From Callorhinchus milii (taxonomy: Eukaryota), in contig NW_024704742.1 in the NCBI RefSeq assembly GCF_018977255.1, positions 102,922,001 to 102,986,000 of the forward strand: a DNA stretch of 64,000 nucleotides, read 5' to 3'. The translations under genes were made by a program, and so were the position numbers. Shown here piece after piece: positions 48,876 to 62,376 of the stretch. Each line of letters begins with the position of its first letter. Within the stretch, counting starts at the first letter, position 1. Under the pieces are notes generated by a model. That model was not told where the DNA came from. It made no database searches and saw only the letters and a program-made list of their open reading frames with translations.

Positions 48876-49879
48876 AATGCTATATATAATATATAATATA
48901 ATATATATATAATATAATATTATATAAGGATGCCAAATAAATGTAAATTTATATTTGTGTTCAAGTGCCCTTCACAACTGTACTACCCTTTGTCAGTATC
49001 ACTCTCCCTTGATTTTTTTTATCAATATACATCCTCACTGGGCTCAATTGAGTGTTGAGTAAACATTGAACAAGTTATTTGACTGCAGCACAAATTTTCT
49101 TATCATCTTGAAACATTAATCAAGGTCAGCAGAATTGAAAAAAAAGTAAAGAGCAGATTATGCTTAAATCACAAGCTGATAAACACTTAATGAATCTAAA
49201 GTACAATAAAGTATCAGAGCCATGCAATGAATACAGACACAAACAGACTTTAATCAAAATCTAACAATCTAAATCTTGTTGCAAAACACTGTAGTGGAAA
49301 AATGTTTGCATTGCCTTTGATAAGTCACAAACAACTTTCTCTGTTACAACATGTCAGAGTCTCCTTAGTTTTCTGTATTGCATTATTGCTGACTTGCAGT
49401 TTGGTGTTGGGTGTGTATGATTGTCTCTAGGTGTTGGTCTGATTGTGATTGCTTTGGAGAATGCTGTTGACTACATCCTTGGTTTGATGTGACCAGGTTA
49501 TGATAGGTTAAGTATTGCTTGCACCAAATACACTTTTCTTGTCCCATGGAAATCCATATATTTTTGTTATACTGACCAGTAACTTATTCAAGTAATTAAA
49601 GACAAATAATAATAATAATCCTTGCATTTGATATAGCACTTTTCATGTCTTCTAGACATCTCAAAGCGCTTCACAGAATATACTGTAAAGTGAATTGACT
49701 GTATATTTGTGGGCGAAACACAGCAGCCAATTGCGCACAGCAGTGTCCCACAAACAGTCATGGGTTGAATCCATTTTAAAGGGCTATAATAGGACAAACA
49801 CCAGAAAATATTTCTTTACACAGAAGGAAATCGACAGCTGGAAAGGGGTTAGACAGTAGGAACCTTGATTCATTTAGGT

Positions 49880-50272
49880 CTCAGTGTGTCTCAGTTGGTA
49901 TCACACTCGTCTCTGAGACAAATAGTTGTGGGTTCAAGACCCATGTTGTCCCACTTTAAACACACAATCCAGATTTACACTCCAATACAGTACTGGGTGT
50001 GCTGCATGTTTAGAGATCCTACTCTTTGGATGAAAATGTTAAATTGAGGTCCTAAATACCTGTTCAGGTGAACGTTGAAGATCCCATGTCACTATTCGAA
50101 AAGAGAAGGTTTTCTTGTGTTGGGGTAAATGGCTGTTTGTGGGACATTGTTGTGGTGTACATTGGCTGCCACATTCACCCACAAAATACAAAGTCATTAC
50201 AATTCATAGTAAATCCAGTGAAGTACTTTGAGACGTCCTCCTGACATGACAAATGCAAGAATTATTATTATT
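49880..50272 (+). mobile_element. Deu-domain SINE, near full-length
   Basis: tRNA-like head (CTCAGTTGGTA..GGTTCAAGACCC), Deu motif and L2-like tail; further degenerate copies at ~51730-52000, 57188-57470 and 60040-60295. Confidence 0.75.
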
Positions 50273-50873
50273 TAAGAAGCATGTGAATACTGCAATAGGA
50301 CGACAGTGGGTTGTGCAATGTGAAAGAAGGTCAAAAGGGCTGCAAGGCTTTCTTTATCTAAACCTTTTGTGACTTTATGCCTGCAGGAAAATTCTGGTTA
50401 ATTGTATTTTATTCCTACAGGTGAAACCCTGAGTAATACAGTATTGTACTTGAAGATAGTGTAGATACTCTTGCAGCAAATGACACTGGAATCCCATCAA
50501 TTATGCCAGGATCTATCAACTATTGTTTGGTACTATTTCAGAGAGTGGTGACTGAAGTTATGAACCTAAATTATTTTTATTTGTCAATTCTCCTCACAAT
50601 ATGTAAATCTCCTCACCCCACCGCCTCCTAAAGATGTTTTCTCTCATTTTCATTCTGCTGGGTATAATTCCAAAAGCGCTGGGCCCCCTCTGGTACTTGG
50701 CCCAAGTGATCATTTGTCATGTGTGAGATATGATTCAGGTTTCTGAATGCCTGCCAAGCACCATTTACATAGAGAATCAAAGTCTCATTACGATATCACA
50801 AGAAAGGAAAAAAATAGAAATATTGGGAACATTCAACCAGTTATGAATGCCCGCGTTTTGAATCTGTGCTTAG

Positions 50874-51190
50874 AATAATAAATAAATAATAATTCTTGCA
50901 TTTGATATAGCACTTTTCATGTCTTCGAGACATCTCAAAGCGCTTCACAGAATATACTGTAAAGTGAATTAACAATATTTGTGAGCGAAACGGGGCAACT
51001 AATTGCGCACAGCAATGTCCCAAAAACAGTCATGGATTGAAGTGACCAATTTATAATTTTTTTTCTTGAGAGATTATTATCAGGTGTGTGGAGTAAGGAA
51101 ACTTACCCAAGGTTTCGCCCTGCTGGGAATCGAACCCAGATCTCTCGCTTGCAAAACAAATGCTCTAACCACTGAGCTACAGCACTCCAT
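50874..51190 (-). mobile_element. tRNA-derived SINE (older copy)
   Basis: Full head, body and tail; partial copies also at ~49607-49775, 54610-54752, 55264-55350 and 57730-57818. Confidence 0.9.
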
Positions 51191-53627
51191 TTACTCTGTA
51201 CACTACTGGGAACACCTGTCTCTGGCTCCTTGGGTCACTGGATTAAATATGTCTTATAATACATGATATATAATATACATTTCTGAAACAAACACTATTA
51301 TTATCGACCCATAGGCCGACAAATATCCAACCTAGTTTTAATACTGCAATATTAATTCCACAACTAACATAAACAATTAAAAAATATTTTCAACTAAGTT
51401 AAAACATTTAAACACATAGCTGAACTTTGCACTGTCCCTATTCACACACCCCCATTCTTCCTTTTTTCCCATTCCCTCTGATTTTTTCTACTTGTCTTAC
51501 TTATTCTGTAATTGTAATATGTTTTCTAATGTTTGGCTTCTCACTACAAATGATAGATGTCTCTGACCAAACTTTCGGTTATCTTTCCCCTCCCCATCCC
51601 TTTCAGCTTCCACAACCAGCTCGGATGTCCAGCCAGCATTGTCAAGCTCTTTGAGAAGTCCTCCTGACGTGCAAGGTTCTCTATAAATGTAAGTTGTATT
51701 GTGTTAATTATCATCATTATGCACAGCACGTAAAGACATTAAACTAAAGTCCCTGCTCATATGTGGGAATGTTAAAAATTCCATGGGACCCTTTGAAAAG
51801 AGAAGGGTGTTTCTCCCAGTATCCTGGCTAACATTTCCCCAGATTAAAAAAATGCTCATAGCTATTTGTGGGACATTGCAGTGCCCAAATTCACCTATAA
51901 ATATACAGTCATTGCACTTTACAAAAAACTCTGTGAAAGACTTTGAGATATTACAATGTGATAAAGGGCTTTATTCAAATGCAATGATTATTATTTTTTA
52001 AAGTTTATGTCAGTATTCAGATTATTTTCTAATTGTTATTAAGTTAAATATTTGATCCCATCATTACAATTATACTTGATAATTCATATTAGATATCTAA
52101 ATTGCAGATTTTTAAGAAAGGTCGAGCAAAACGAAACAGACTTTGCATGGAAAACGCAGGAAGAGATTACATATAGCCATCCACAGGAAATTCAATTTTA
52201 AAAGATTGAGAAGAAGCTGCTGTGTGCTCTGTCTGACCCCTGCTGGAGATGTAGCACAAGCAGCCAGGAAGTGAATCACCAATATTGTTTGGGAATTTTA
52301 ATTTGGGGGATTTATTTTATTTGGAGATTGTTGTACACTGGGAGAAACTCCTTGTTTCCTTCAGTTTTGTAACACACTGTGCTTTTAAATAAATAATTTT
52401 AGTAAAGTGTAAACATTATTAAACAGGAGATTTATTTCAGACACCACAAATTTATCTGGGTGGGACTAAATGATGGGAACGTGCCAAGAATCGAACAGAA
52501 ATAAAGACAAAGTCGGTAAAGGGTCACTTTAAAGGTGCCAGACTACTAGGTTGGCTTTTGCATTTCTCCAGGACCATATTTATAGGAATCATTCTGCGTG
52601 ATTCTTAATTTTACAATTCTCCACGTTTGAATCAAACACAAATATTTCCTGGTGTATTTCCCAGATTTCAAACCCACCGGATTTCGTTCTATTTTAGGTG
52701 AATTCATTGAGTTTGAGTCATATAGTTTTATGTACAAGTCAAATACTACCAATAGTGATAACAATAGATAATAATATTGCAATTGGTATAGGACATTTTC
52801 ACATCAGGTGGATATCTCAAAGAGCTTCATAGGATATACTGCATAGTGGAGTATCTATGTGTTTTGTGGGTGATGATAGGGTGATAGAGCATCTGTGGAA
52901 TATTATATGTGATAAAGAGGTCAACCTAGCAATTCCTGTGGTTCAAACGCAGCACATGGAAACAAGCATCTCAGAGACTCAGAATTACTGTCATATGCGT
53001 GGCTGTTTTTTGCCTAGTATTGTCCCACAAACCATGTTTGCAGTGAATACTCATCAACCCGTGACTATCTGAAACAAAAGAGAAGGTGAAAAGGTTATAG
53101 GATGCATGACTAAATTTAAAATGTTTTTGTGAATTTGGATAAGGCAGAAATATTCCTGCCTCTAAATAATTTATGGGATTTAATTCTAAATAACAATATT
53201 ACAACACCTTGCACTTACATAGTGCCCTCCATGCAGAGTAGCGTCTCAGAGACCTTAACATTGCCAGAGCCTGACGCCGACACGGGGGAGGAGGTGAAAA
53301 GGACAGTTTTAAGGCAGGATTTGAGAAAGAGGAGAGAGGGGACAAGACAGAGGGATTGAGGGAGTGTTTTAGAGCGACTGAATGCGCAACCTCCAATGTT
53401 AGAGCGGAGGGTGCAAGGGACAAGCAAGAGGCTGGTTATTATTCCTTTCATTTGACACAGCACCTTTCATGGCAGGAGGATGTACCAAAGTGCTTCACAG
53501 AACTTATTGTAAAGTGTAGCGTGTGTGTATTTTGCAGATAAATGTGACAGTCTATTTTTCACATATCTAATGTGAACTGTGGCATTGTTGTCCAGAGCAC
53601 CAGGAGAAACTCCTGTTTAAATTCCAC

Positions 53628-53954
53628 ATAATAATAATAATAATCTTTGCATTTGATATAGCGCTTTTCACGTTGGGAGGACGTCCCAAAGCGCTTCACA
53701 GAACACACTGTAAAGTGAATTGACTGTATATTTGTGGGCGAACGCGGCAGCCAATTGCGCACAGCAATGTCCCACAAACAGTCGTAGATTGAAAATGACC
53801 AATTTAATTATTGTTTTTGTTTTTTTGGAGGGATTATTATTAGGCTCTGTGTGGAGTAAGGAAACTTGCCCAAGGTTTCGCCCTCTGCCTGGAATTGAAC
53901 TCAGGTCTCTCACTTGCAAAGCGAGTGTTCTAACCACTGAGCTACAGGACTCCA
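53628..53954 (-). mobile_element. Young tRNA-derived SINE
   Basis: Near-identical to 26678-27005, including the AGGCTCTGTGTGG variant. Confidence 0.95.
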
Positions 53955-54814
53955 CAATAAACTCCACATAAACCACCTCGATGGGCAATGTTCTTTCCAG
54001 ACAATAGCAACATCCCAAGGTTTAGATGGCACAATTGAAGCCAATAATCCACTGAGGTAAAAAGCAATATTTTTTTCTCTTAAAACAGACCAATTTACAA
54101 GTTACAATTGTTTCAAACATCAAACAGAAAACTGATCTGGGACATCTGAGTGTCACTTATAATGTCAAACAGCTTCTACACATGTTAAGCATATAAGGAT
54201 GTGTTATCAGCAAAGGTGACATACTTCAAATTGGATCATATCCTCAAATTTAAATGAATGATTATCACTCCTATTGAAAGGAACGTTCTGTTTCTCTTTC
54301 AGGGTTCTCAGAATCAGGAACCGTTAAAAGGGAAGTTGCTAATCAGTAAATCAGATTTTAAGCTCATTTCACCATACAATAACAACAACTTGCATTTATA
54401 TAGCACCCTTCACACAGGGTAGGATCCTGGCGGGCATACCTGCCAACTTTACAAAAAAAACAGTAGATGTTCAACAAAAAAGCCATAGATTTGTTAAAAA
54501 GCACTAGATATTTAGCAGCATAACTTTTTAATTTAAATTTTGTCATCAGATAATCATGTGTAACACAGATCAGTCATTGGTATGTTTCATCTTGGTCCAA
54601 CTCCCAATATAATAATAATCAATAACAATCCTTGCATTTGATATAGTGCCTTATCACGTCATTGAGACGTTTCAATGCGCTTCACAGAATATTTTATTGG
54701 CGAAACGCAGCAGTCAATTGGACAATGTTCCACAAACAGTCTTGGATTGAAGTTTCTGTCAGTGAGCTGTCCCCGTAGATGGACTTAAAAATACATAGTC
54801 GTAAAATAATCATA

Positions 54815-55085
54815 CAATTAGAGTGAAGTCATTTAGGAGTGAAATCAGGAAGCATTTTTTCACACAAAGGATAGTGGAAATCTGGAACTCTCTCCCCAAG
54901 ACTGTGGATGCTGGATCCATTCAAATTTTCAAGATTGAGGTGGGTAGATGTTTGTTAGGTCAGGGTATCAAGGGATATGGCGGTAAGGTGGATAATTAGA
55001 ATTGAGGTACAGATCAGCCATGATCAAATAGAATGGTGGAACAGGCTCAAGGGCTCTATTGCTTACTCCTGTACCTATGGTCCTA
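54815..55085 (+). mobile_element. CR1 3' end
   Basis: FRSEIRKHFFTQRIVEIWNSL and a CR1-type 3' UTR. Confidence 0.85.
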
Positions 55086-55949
55086 AGTCTACGGGGAAAA
55101 CCCATAGAGTTGGTAAGTATGATTTGACCCACTTAGCATCTCTGACCACATATCCTGATTGAACTGTCCAGGTTATCTGAACGATGAGCACAGGTCAGCT
55201 ACTCAACTACCGGTTTCATAATTTTAATTATTATGTCTTCATTTGACAAACATAGCAAGGATCAATAATAAAATAATCCTTGCATTTGATAAAGCGCCTT
55301 ATCACGTCTTTGAGACGTCTCAAAGCGCTTCACAGAATACACTGCAAAAGTCATTCATTTAAATCAACAATCAAAAGCGGGCACAAATGGCTGAAGGAAG
55401 ACACTGAGGCCAATTGCAATTGCGTATGCATTGCACTTGGACAAAATTTGGTGCCTTTCTGCTCTGTATGGTTCAGAACACTATTCCAGAAAACAGGAAA
55501 ATTCCATGCATATGTGGAACTCACTAATTTAATTTGGATGCTCTAAAACACATTCATTCATTGGAATAATGGATATAGTTTAATGGACCTGCACTGACTC
55601 TTTGGTGCAAAATCATAGTCCATCTGTTTCAATAAAAAATAGAGTCTCACTCTGTGAAAGTGACTCATCTGCTTTTCTGCCTTTAGACCTTACAAATCCA
55701 CCTCATTCCCCTCCACTCGGCTGCTTCACAACCCCCGGCCTGTTCGCCCCACCATTGGCAGTTGGGCTTTCAGTTTATCTGCCCCCACCCTTGGAACTCG
55801 GTGCCGTAGCCACTATGACTTGGCCCTTTCTTCGCCTCCTTCAAGGTTGCCCCGAGGCTCTGGAACTCCCTCCCTTCCTATTTTCAGGTCTCTGTTGGAA
55901 GACCTTTCTTTTCGACCGCACCTTTGGTCACCTTCCTCCCCCTCTCCCT

Positions 55950-56880
55950 GGCTTGGCCCCGGGATCCGTTACCGTGAAGCGCTCCGAGACACCACCCGGC
56001 GCGGAGGGCGCTATATAAATCCAGTTCAAGATCCTGGTCCTCACGTACGAAGCCCTCCATGGCCTCGCCCCACCCTACCTCTGCGACCTCCTAACCCTCT
56101 ACCAACCCGCCCGCTCCCTCCCGGCTGCTCCACGCCCCCCGACCCACCCGCCCCACCGTTGGCGGGAGAGCCTTCAGCCACTCTGCCCCCAACCTCTGGA
56201 GCCCGAACACTCGCCCCCCCCACACCTTAGCCTCAATCGGCCTTCCCTGGTGAGGAGTACTTGTTTGTGTGTGTGGGGGTGTTTTGGGGAGTGACGCCGC
56301 CTGTGACCGCAGTGAGTGGAGCGGTGACAATGAGAAGCTGTCACCTTCCTCTCGCTGTGACACGTGGCAGCTCCCAGACGGAGTGCGCAGGCGCGCCGTG
56401 GAGGAGGGGGTGGGGACGAGGGAGGGGTGAACGTTAACATCCGGGTAACGCGGTGCTGCCACGTCTGGTTCCTGCGCCGCTTCACATCCGGGAGGTTGGG
56501 GCGAGCGTCTCGAGCCGCGGCCGCCGCTTTACGAGTCAAACGAGAAATTCAAACTGAAACGAATTTAACGGCCGCGCAACTCCCCGTCAAGTCCCTCGTT
56601 GTAGGCCCCGCGAGCTGCGCATTGCAGGTCCCACCGGCTCCGTATTACAGGCCCCACCGGCTCGCTGTGACAAGGCCCTGCCCGCGGCGCAGAGTGAAGC
56701 AGAGCCGGCATGTGGCGGAGTGTGTTGGTGCGGCTCCTGTGGGCGCAGCTTTTGCTGCCGCTGGTCCGCGGCTCTGAGCTCACCTTCGAGCTGCCCGACA
56801 ACGCCAAGCAGTGTTTCTACGAGGACATTGCGCAGGGCACCAAGTGTACGCTTGAATTCCAGGTGAGGGCCTTAAGGACA
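55950..56880 (+). promoter_or_regulatory. CpG island / TMED7 promoter and 5' UTR
   Basis: Sharp rise in GC and CpG density; ACGTGGC motifs (56362-56368 +, 56458-56464 -), NRF1-like GCGCAGGCGC near 56385, two ACATCCGG (ETS-like) motifs. Confidence 0.8.
56710..56862 (+). CDS. TMED7: TMED7 coding exon 1 (signal peptide + start of GOLD domain)
   Basis: ATG at 56710; [51 protein letters not shown]; donor CAG|GTGAGG at 56862/56863; 153 nt, phase 0; lies in a CpG island. Confidence 0.96.
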
Positions 56881-56959
56881 GGCTGTCTGGGAGGGGGAGA
56901 GAGAGAGAGGATACAGCTGATGGGAAGGGGGCGAGAGAGAATACAGCCTGTGTGAGCCG

Positions 56960-57165
56960 AGAGGGTACAGCTGATCTGTGAGTGGGGGAGGGAGAGGGTA
57001 CAGCTGATCTGTGAGTGGGGGAGGGAGGGGGTACAGCTGATCTGTGAGTGGGGAGGGAGGGGGTACAGCTGATCTGTGAGTGGGGGAGGGAGGGGGTACA
57101 GCTGATCTGTGAGTGGGGAGGGAGGGGGTACAGCTGATCTGAGGAGGGGAGAGAGGGTACAGCCG
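56960..57165 (+). repeat. G-rich minisatellite, ~6 x 32-33 bp, in TMED7 intron 1
   Basis: Unit GTACAGCTGATCTGTGAGTGGGG(G)AGGGAG(A/G)GG starting at 56965, 56998, 57031, 57063, 57096 and 57128. Confidence 0.95.
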
Positions 57166-58707
57166 AATGTGTGTGGGGAAGAGAGGGCATTGTTGGAGGT
57201 GCTGTCCTTTGGATGAGATATTAAACCAAGATCCTGTCTGTCTGTTCAGGTGGACACTAAAGATTTGATGGCAATATTCAAGAAGGGGAGTTTCTCCTGG
57301 TGTCCTGGTCACAGTCCCCCAAATAAAATTGGTCATTCACTTCATGGCAGTTTGTGGGGTATTGCTCTATGCAAACTGACTGCTGCATTCGCTTGCACAA
57401 TACAGTCATTACACTTTACAGTATATCCTGTGAAGCGTTTTGAGAAGTACTCCCAAATGCAAGTTTTATTGATAAATTAACTGGAGATGTTCAATTATAT
57501 CATCTTTTTACCATGTGTCTTAAGGGAAAAGCATGGACGGAGTGGTTTTAATATAATATAATAATATAATAATATAACATAATATAATGTATCTTGCCTC
57601 AAGTTTTTAAAAAATATTGATGTATTTCTTTTCTTTAAATTTCTCTCCTTTTTTCCCCACTCTCCCGAATGGAAATGTGTCATGCCAGGCCATTCTTGCA
57701 CATCATTATGTGGGGAAAGTGTCTGACTTCGTCACTTTACAGTATATTCTGTGAAGCGCTTTGAGACGTCTAGAAGACGTGAAAAGCGTTATATCAAATG
57801 CAAGGATTATTATTATTATATCTGGTTGAGAGGCATTTCTTATGCTGAGGCTATATTTACAAGTTTCAAGCTGAGCACCTCAAACTGCTTGATGGCGGTT
57901 GTTTCAGGAGCAGTCTGTTTCTTTCCCTGAAGTATGAATACATTGATTACAAATCAAATCGAGCCTTGACCATTATGGCCCCTTGGTGGAGATTAAGTTG
58001 TCTCTCCGATTCAGTTGACTCCAAGGTGATGTACTTAGCAATGCAATTTCGAACGGCAGTCTCATGAGTTCCTGGGTCAGGCAGGTCCGCAGTGCTCCAA
58101 GTCATTGCTAATGACAGACTAGCCAGTCCCTCAAAGTCCTGCTAATGAGTTTGTTCTCAACTCATTAACAAAACTTTGAGGGACAGACCCAACAAAAACA
58201 ACAGCTTGCATTTATATAACACCCTTCACACAATAGCTTAACAGTAGCAGAGCTTGAAGCTGAGCCACGGAGAGAGAAGAGGAAGGTCTTGAGGTGCGAT
58301 CTGAAGACTGGAAAGGAGGGGGCAAGGCAGGCAGAGAATTCCAGTTTCAGGCATAGTGGCTGAAAGCACTACTGCTGATGATAGAACGGATGAGACAAGG
58401 GAGAATGCTGGAGCTGAGCAAAGGGGACAGAATGTTTTTTCCAATTTGCTCCTGTTAATCCTGCCAGCCCAAACCTAACAATTGAGTGAAATGGTATTTT
58501 TTAGGTCATGATGGCTCTGAAAGTATACCCAAAAGTCTACTATTTTTATACAAATTTATACAACTATCCAGTTTTAATGAGCCCTGAATTGTTGTCTGTT
58601 TCTTACCTCATTGTAAAATCAAGAAAGCTATTTTTTCTTACTGCCATGTGGAATAGGTAATCTGGAATAACTAGTATATATTATGAGTTGTTCTCTGGAG
58701 TCCTTTA

Positions 58708-59060
58708 TTAATAATAATAATAATCCTCGCATTTGCTATAGCGCCTTATCATGTCTTTGAGACGCCTCAAAGTGCTTCACATAATAAACTAAGTGAATTA
58801 ACTATATTTTGTGGGTGAAGTGCGGCAGCCAATTGCACACAGCAGTGTCCCACAAACAGTGAGTGACCAAATTATTATTTTTATTTTTTTGAAGAGATTA
58901 TTACCCCGGAAAAGCAATCCGCCAATCAACTAATAACCAGGTTCACACTTACGGTTAGATAAATAGAAGCGTGTGGAGTTCAGAAACTTGCCCAACGTTT
59001 TGCCTTGCCCTGGAATCGAACCCAGGTCCTCTCGCTTGCGAGGCGCGTACTCTAATACTG
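58708..59060 (-). mobile_element. tRNA-derived SINE, long variant (TMED7 intron 1)
   Basis: Carries the extra central domain (~58905-58970) like the 28545 copy. Confidence 0.85.
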
Positions 59061-61018
59061 CACAATTTATATAATAATTTTAGTATAGAGGCTAAAGGGA
59101 TTGTGGTGATTCTGAAGATGTCCTGATATGCCCTTTTAACAATATTATGATGAAGGTCCTGGTTAGTTGTTTTTGTACAACATTCAATGTGGGAAGAGGC
59201 TGGAAGAATCTAAATGATTGCCACACAGTTAATGAAGGTTAAACTAGAAGTCTTTATGTTCCTAAATGTTAAAATTAAGTATTCCATTGATTCTATTCAA
59301 GTTATATTTGAGTAAAGAATAAGACCTCTGTATAAATTCTTGGCACTACAAGAATGAACTGAAATTATATGAAATTACAAACTAATAGAAGCCACCATCT
59401 CCTATTTTCTTGATGGTATCATGTGCAAGCATGTCATTACCTTTCAAATGTATATCGATTCCCAACTCTACTTCTCTGCTACCACTTTTGATTCTGCTTT
59501 TGATATCTGTGATTTATTTTTATTCCAATGTATCTGTGTCCTTACAAACTATGCCTAAATTATGCATTTTGTCCCTTTTTTCATGCTTGTGTGTTAGAGG
59601 GAGAAATCCCTTTAACCTCTATACTGAAATTATTATATAAATTGTGCTTGTTCCTGCTATGCCATTAGGAATTGTTTAATACTGCCAAACCTATTCTGAC
59701 AGCATCTTTACACACATCTACAACTAAGCAGTATTTGTAGAATTTTTATCAGTGCAGCAGATGATAATCTGGGGTATTTGGAACTGGCCTCTTCACAGAT
59801 GAACAGCCCAGTGCATGTAATTGGACAGCACGCAAATACAAATTGACTACAATGCTAAATAAAAAGTTTCATCAAGAATTATATTGTTACTTCAGTACAA
59901 AAGTGTGCCAGCCTTCTCTCTCTACCAGGTTCTCTCTGACTCACTCTCTTAGTTCTTCACTCTTTTTATCTCTCTTCCACTGAGTCTTCCTCTCTGATTC
60001 TCTCCAACGTTCTGTCTGTACAATACCTGCTGCCATCCCAGCTTATTTGGAAGGACTCTCGCCTCTGAGACAGACAATTGTGGCTTCAAGTCCCACGTTG
60101 GAAGTTTGGACTAGTAATCTAGGTTGGCAATGCAGTGTTGGAGAGCACTGCTTTGTCAGAAGTGCTGATCTTTGAATGAACTAAGGACCTGCCTGTTCAG
60201 GTGGACTTTAAAATCTCATAGCACAATTCAACAGCAGAAGGAAATTTCTCCCTGGGTTCTTGCCAACAATTGCCCAGACGAAATTGGTCATTTACTTATA
60301 TAAATACTGTAAAATATCAAATTAATTGATTATTTGTATCTCTCTAACCATAAACTGCATCCTGTAGAAATATAAAGAAGTACCTTCACTACCAGGAATA
60401 AGCAATCTGTATACATTTTAGCAATCTTCCCAGTACTGTCAATGCCCTCTTAACTATTATAAAGGATGTACATGCTGAGAATTGTTTCAATTTAACTTAA
60501 TTAAAAAAATGATATTAGCTCAGTTTGCTGAGAGCAAGAACTTGACCCTTAAACATTGGAGAAGTACTGTAGTATTCTGTACTTTCAGCTGTATCTATCT
60601 GCTACCTTCACTTTATGAGCTCAGGCCTTCTGCATGTCTCCCGACCGCTCTGCTCCATCATCGGCAGTTGCGGCTTCAGGAACTGCGCCCAAACCTCTGT
60701 AACCCTTTGCTTCAAGCCTTCTGCCTTGCTCCCTCTTTACCTGGGTTCAGATTGCACCTGAAGTCTTCCCTTTTCGACCATGCCTATACTCACTCACCTC
60801 CCTTCTCGGCTTGGCGTCAGACTGCATAATTGTTCAGTGCTCAGGCACTACTCTGGGTGAAGGGCACTATATAAATTGTTGTTGTTGTTGCAGCAGCATT
60901 GTCCTTGCTTTTTAGAAATAAAAATTTGCTTACATTTCTTATGTTTCTATTCAAGTGTTGAATTATAATAAGAATTGAATTTAGAGATCTAAATGTAAAA
61001 CCCATATGTGTTTGACAG

Positions 61019-61264
61019 GTCATTACTGGTGGTCACTATGATGTGGACTGTCGCCTGGAAGATCCTGTTGGCACAGTATTGTATAAGGAGATGAAGAAGC
61101 AGTATGACAGCTTCACATTCACAGCATCAAAAAATGGAACTTACAAGTTCTGTTTCAGCAATGAGTTTTCCACCTTCACGCACAAGACTGTCTATTTTGA
61201 CTTCCAAGTTGGCGAAGACCCTCCTCTGTTTCCCAATGAAAACAGAGTCTCAGCACTGACTCAG
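61019..61264 (+). CDS. TMED7: TMED7 coding exon 2 (GOLD domain)
   Basis: Acceptor tttgacag|[85 protein letters not shown]; donor CAG|GTATGA; 246 nt, phase 0. Confidence 0.97.
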
Positions 61265-61477
61265 GTATGAAGTATCATACGTTCTCGCATATAATGTTTT
61301 TTTAAATTTGCTTTTCAAATTTGAGTTTTTTTAAATTACATTTCAATAGGTTACAAGAGGTTTAGGAAAATCCTAATGTCTTATTTGTACTAAATTATGC
61401 TACATGAGTGGTGAAACCAATGCATGTGGGACCTACTCGCTATTCAATAACACTGTGGTCAAATCAGACTTTCAAGC

Positions 61478-61737
61478 AAACAAGAGACCTGGGTTTGATT
61501 CCTCGCAGGCCGAGAGTTTCCTTACTCCACATGCCTGATGATAATCTCTCAAGAAAAAAATCAATAATAAAATTGGTCACTTCAATCCACGACTGCTTGT
61601 GGGACACTGCTGTGCACAATTGGCTGCTGCGTTTCGCCCACAAATATTCAATTCACTTTACAGTATATTCTGTGAAGTGCTTTGAGACATCTAGAACTCA
61701 TGAAAAGCACTATATCAAATGCAAGGATTATTATTAT
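61478..61737 (+). mobile_element. tRNA-derived SINE (TMED7 intron 2)
   Basis: B box GGTTTGATTCC, body and (TTA)n tail. Confidence 0.85.
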
Positions 61738-61949
61738 CAACAGATGGAGTTAGCTTATGTTACAATGTAAATTTTGATGCCTAAGAGAGAGTGAGCATTC
61801 CATTACAACATTTTATCTCTGGGATTTCCATGTGTTGATGGGATGCATGGAAATCTCATCTTGGTTTGGATACTCTAAAGCAGCTGACAGGTTTCTGCTT
61901 GTGTCATATACCTGGTTGACACAAAAAAAATGTATTGAACAAAAAATGT

Positions 61950-62305
61950 ATTAGCCTCTCTGATCGCCTAGTGGGTAAATTACTTAGATTAACTGGATAG
62001 GTACAGGATTGATTCCTGAGTTAATGTCTTAATTGGTGTGCTGCAATTAGCATTCAATACCCTGGGTTACAGAGGCGGAAAAATAAATGGATTCACACTT
62101 TTGATTTGCTATCCAAAGTAGTCCAGTCATAGATGTGCAAATGTGGACATCAGGTCAAGAGAGAATTGTGTTTTCCCACAGTAGAAAAGCCTACCAATAC
62201 TTAGTCAAGGCTCACACATGAATATTGGTCACTTGAATGAAAGGGGACTCTGTACAAAATACTCAAGTAGAAGAAAAGGAGTCGATGCCTTCAGGAGAGA
62301 AGGGT
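61950..62305 (+). mobile_element. Old SINE-like repeat of a separate family
   Basis: AGGCTCACACATGAATATTGGTCACTTG motif also seen reversed at ~50610-50727 and ~42660-42745. Confidence 0.5.
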
Positions 62306-62376
62306 TTTAAAAAGTCATAAAACTAGTGAAGAGAAAATGCATTTACAAGACATCTTACCACTTTTTTTTCAAACAG

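Noticed and set aside
56091..56807. Overlapping ORFs across the TMED7 promoter
   Set aside because: Expected in GC-rich sequence; no recognisable domains.
56960..57165. CRISPR-like array
   Set aside because: Head-to-tail units with no unique spacers, inside a vertebrate intron.
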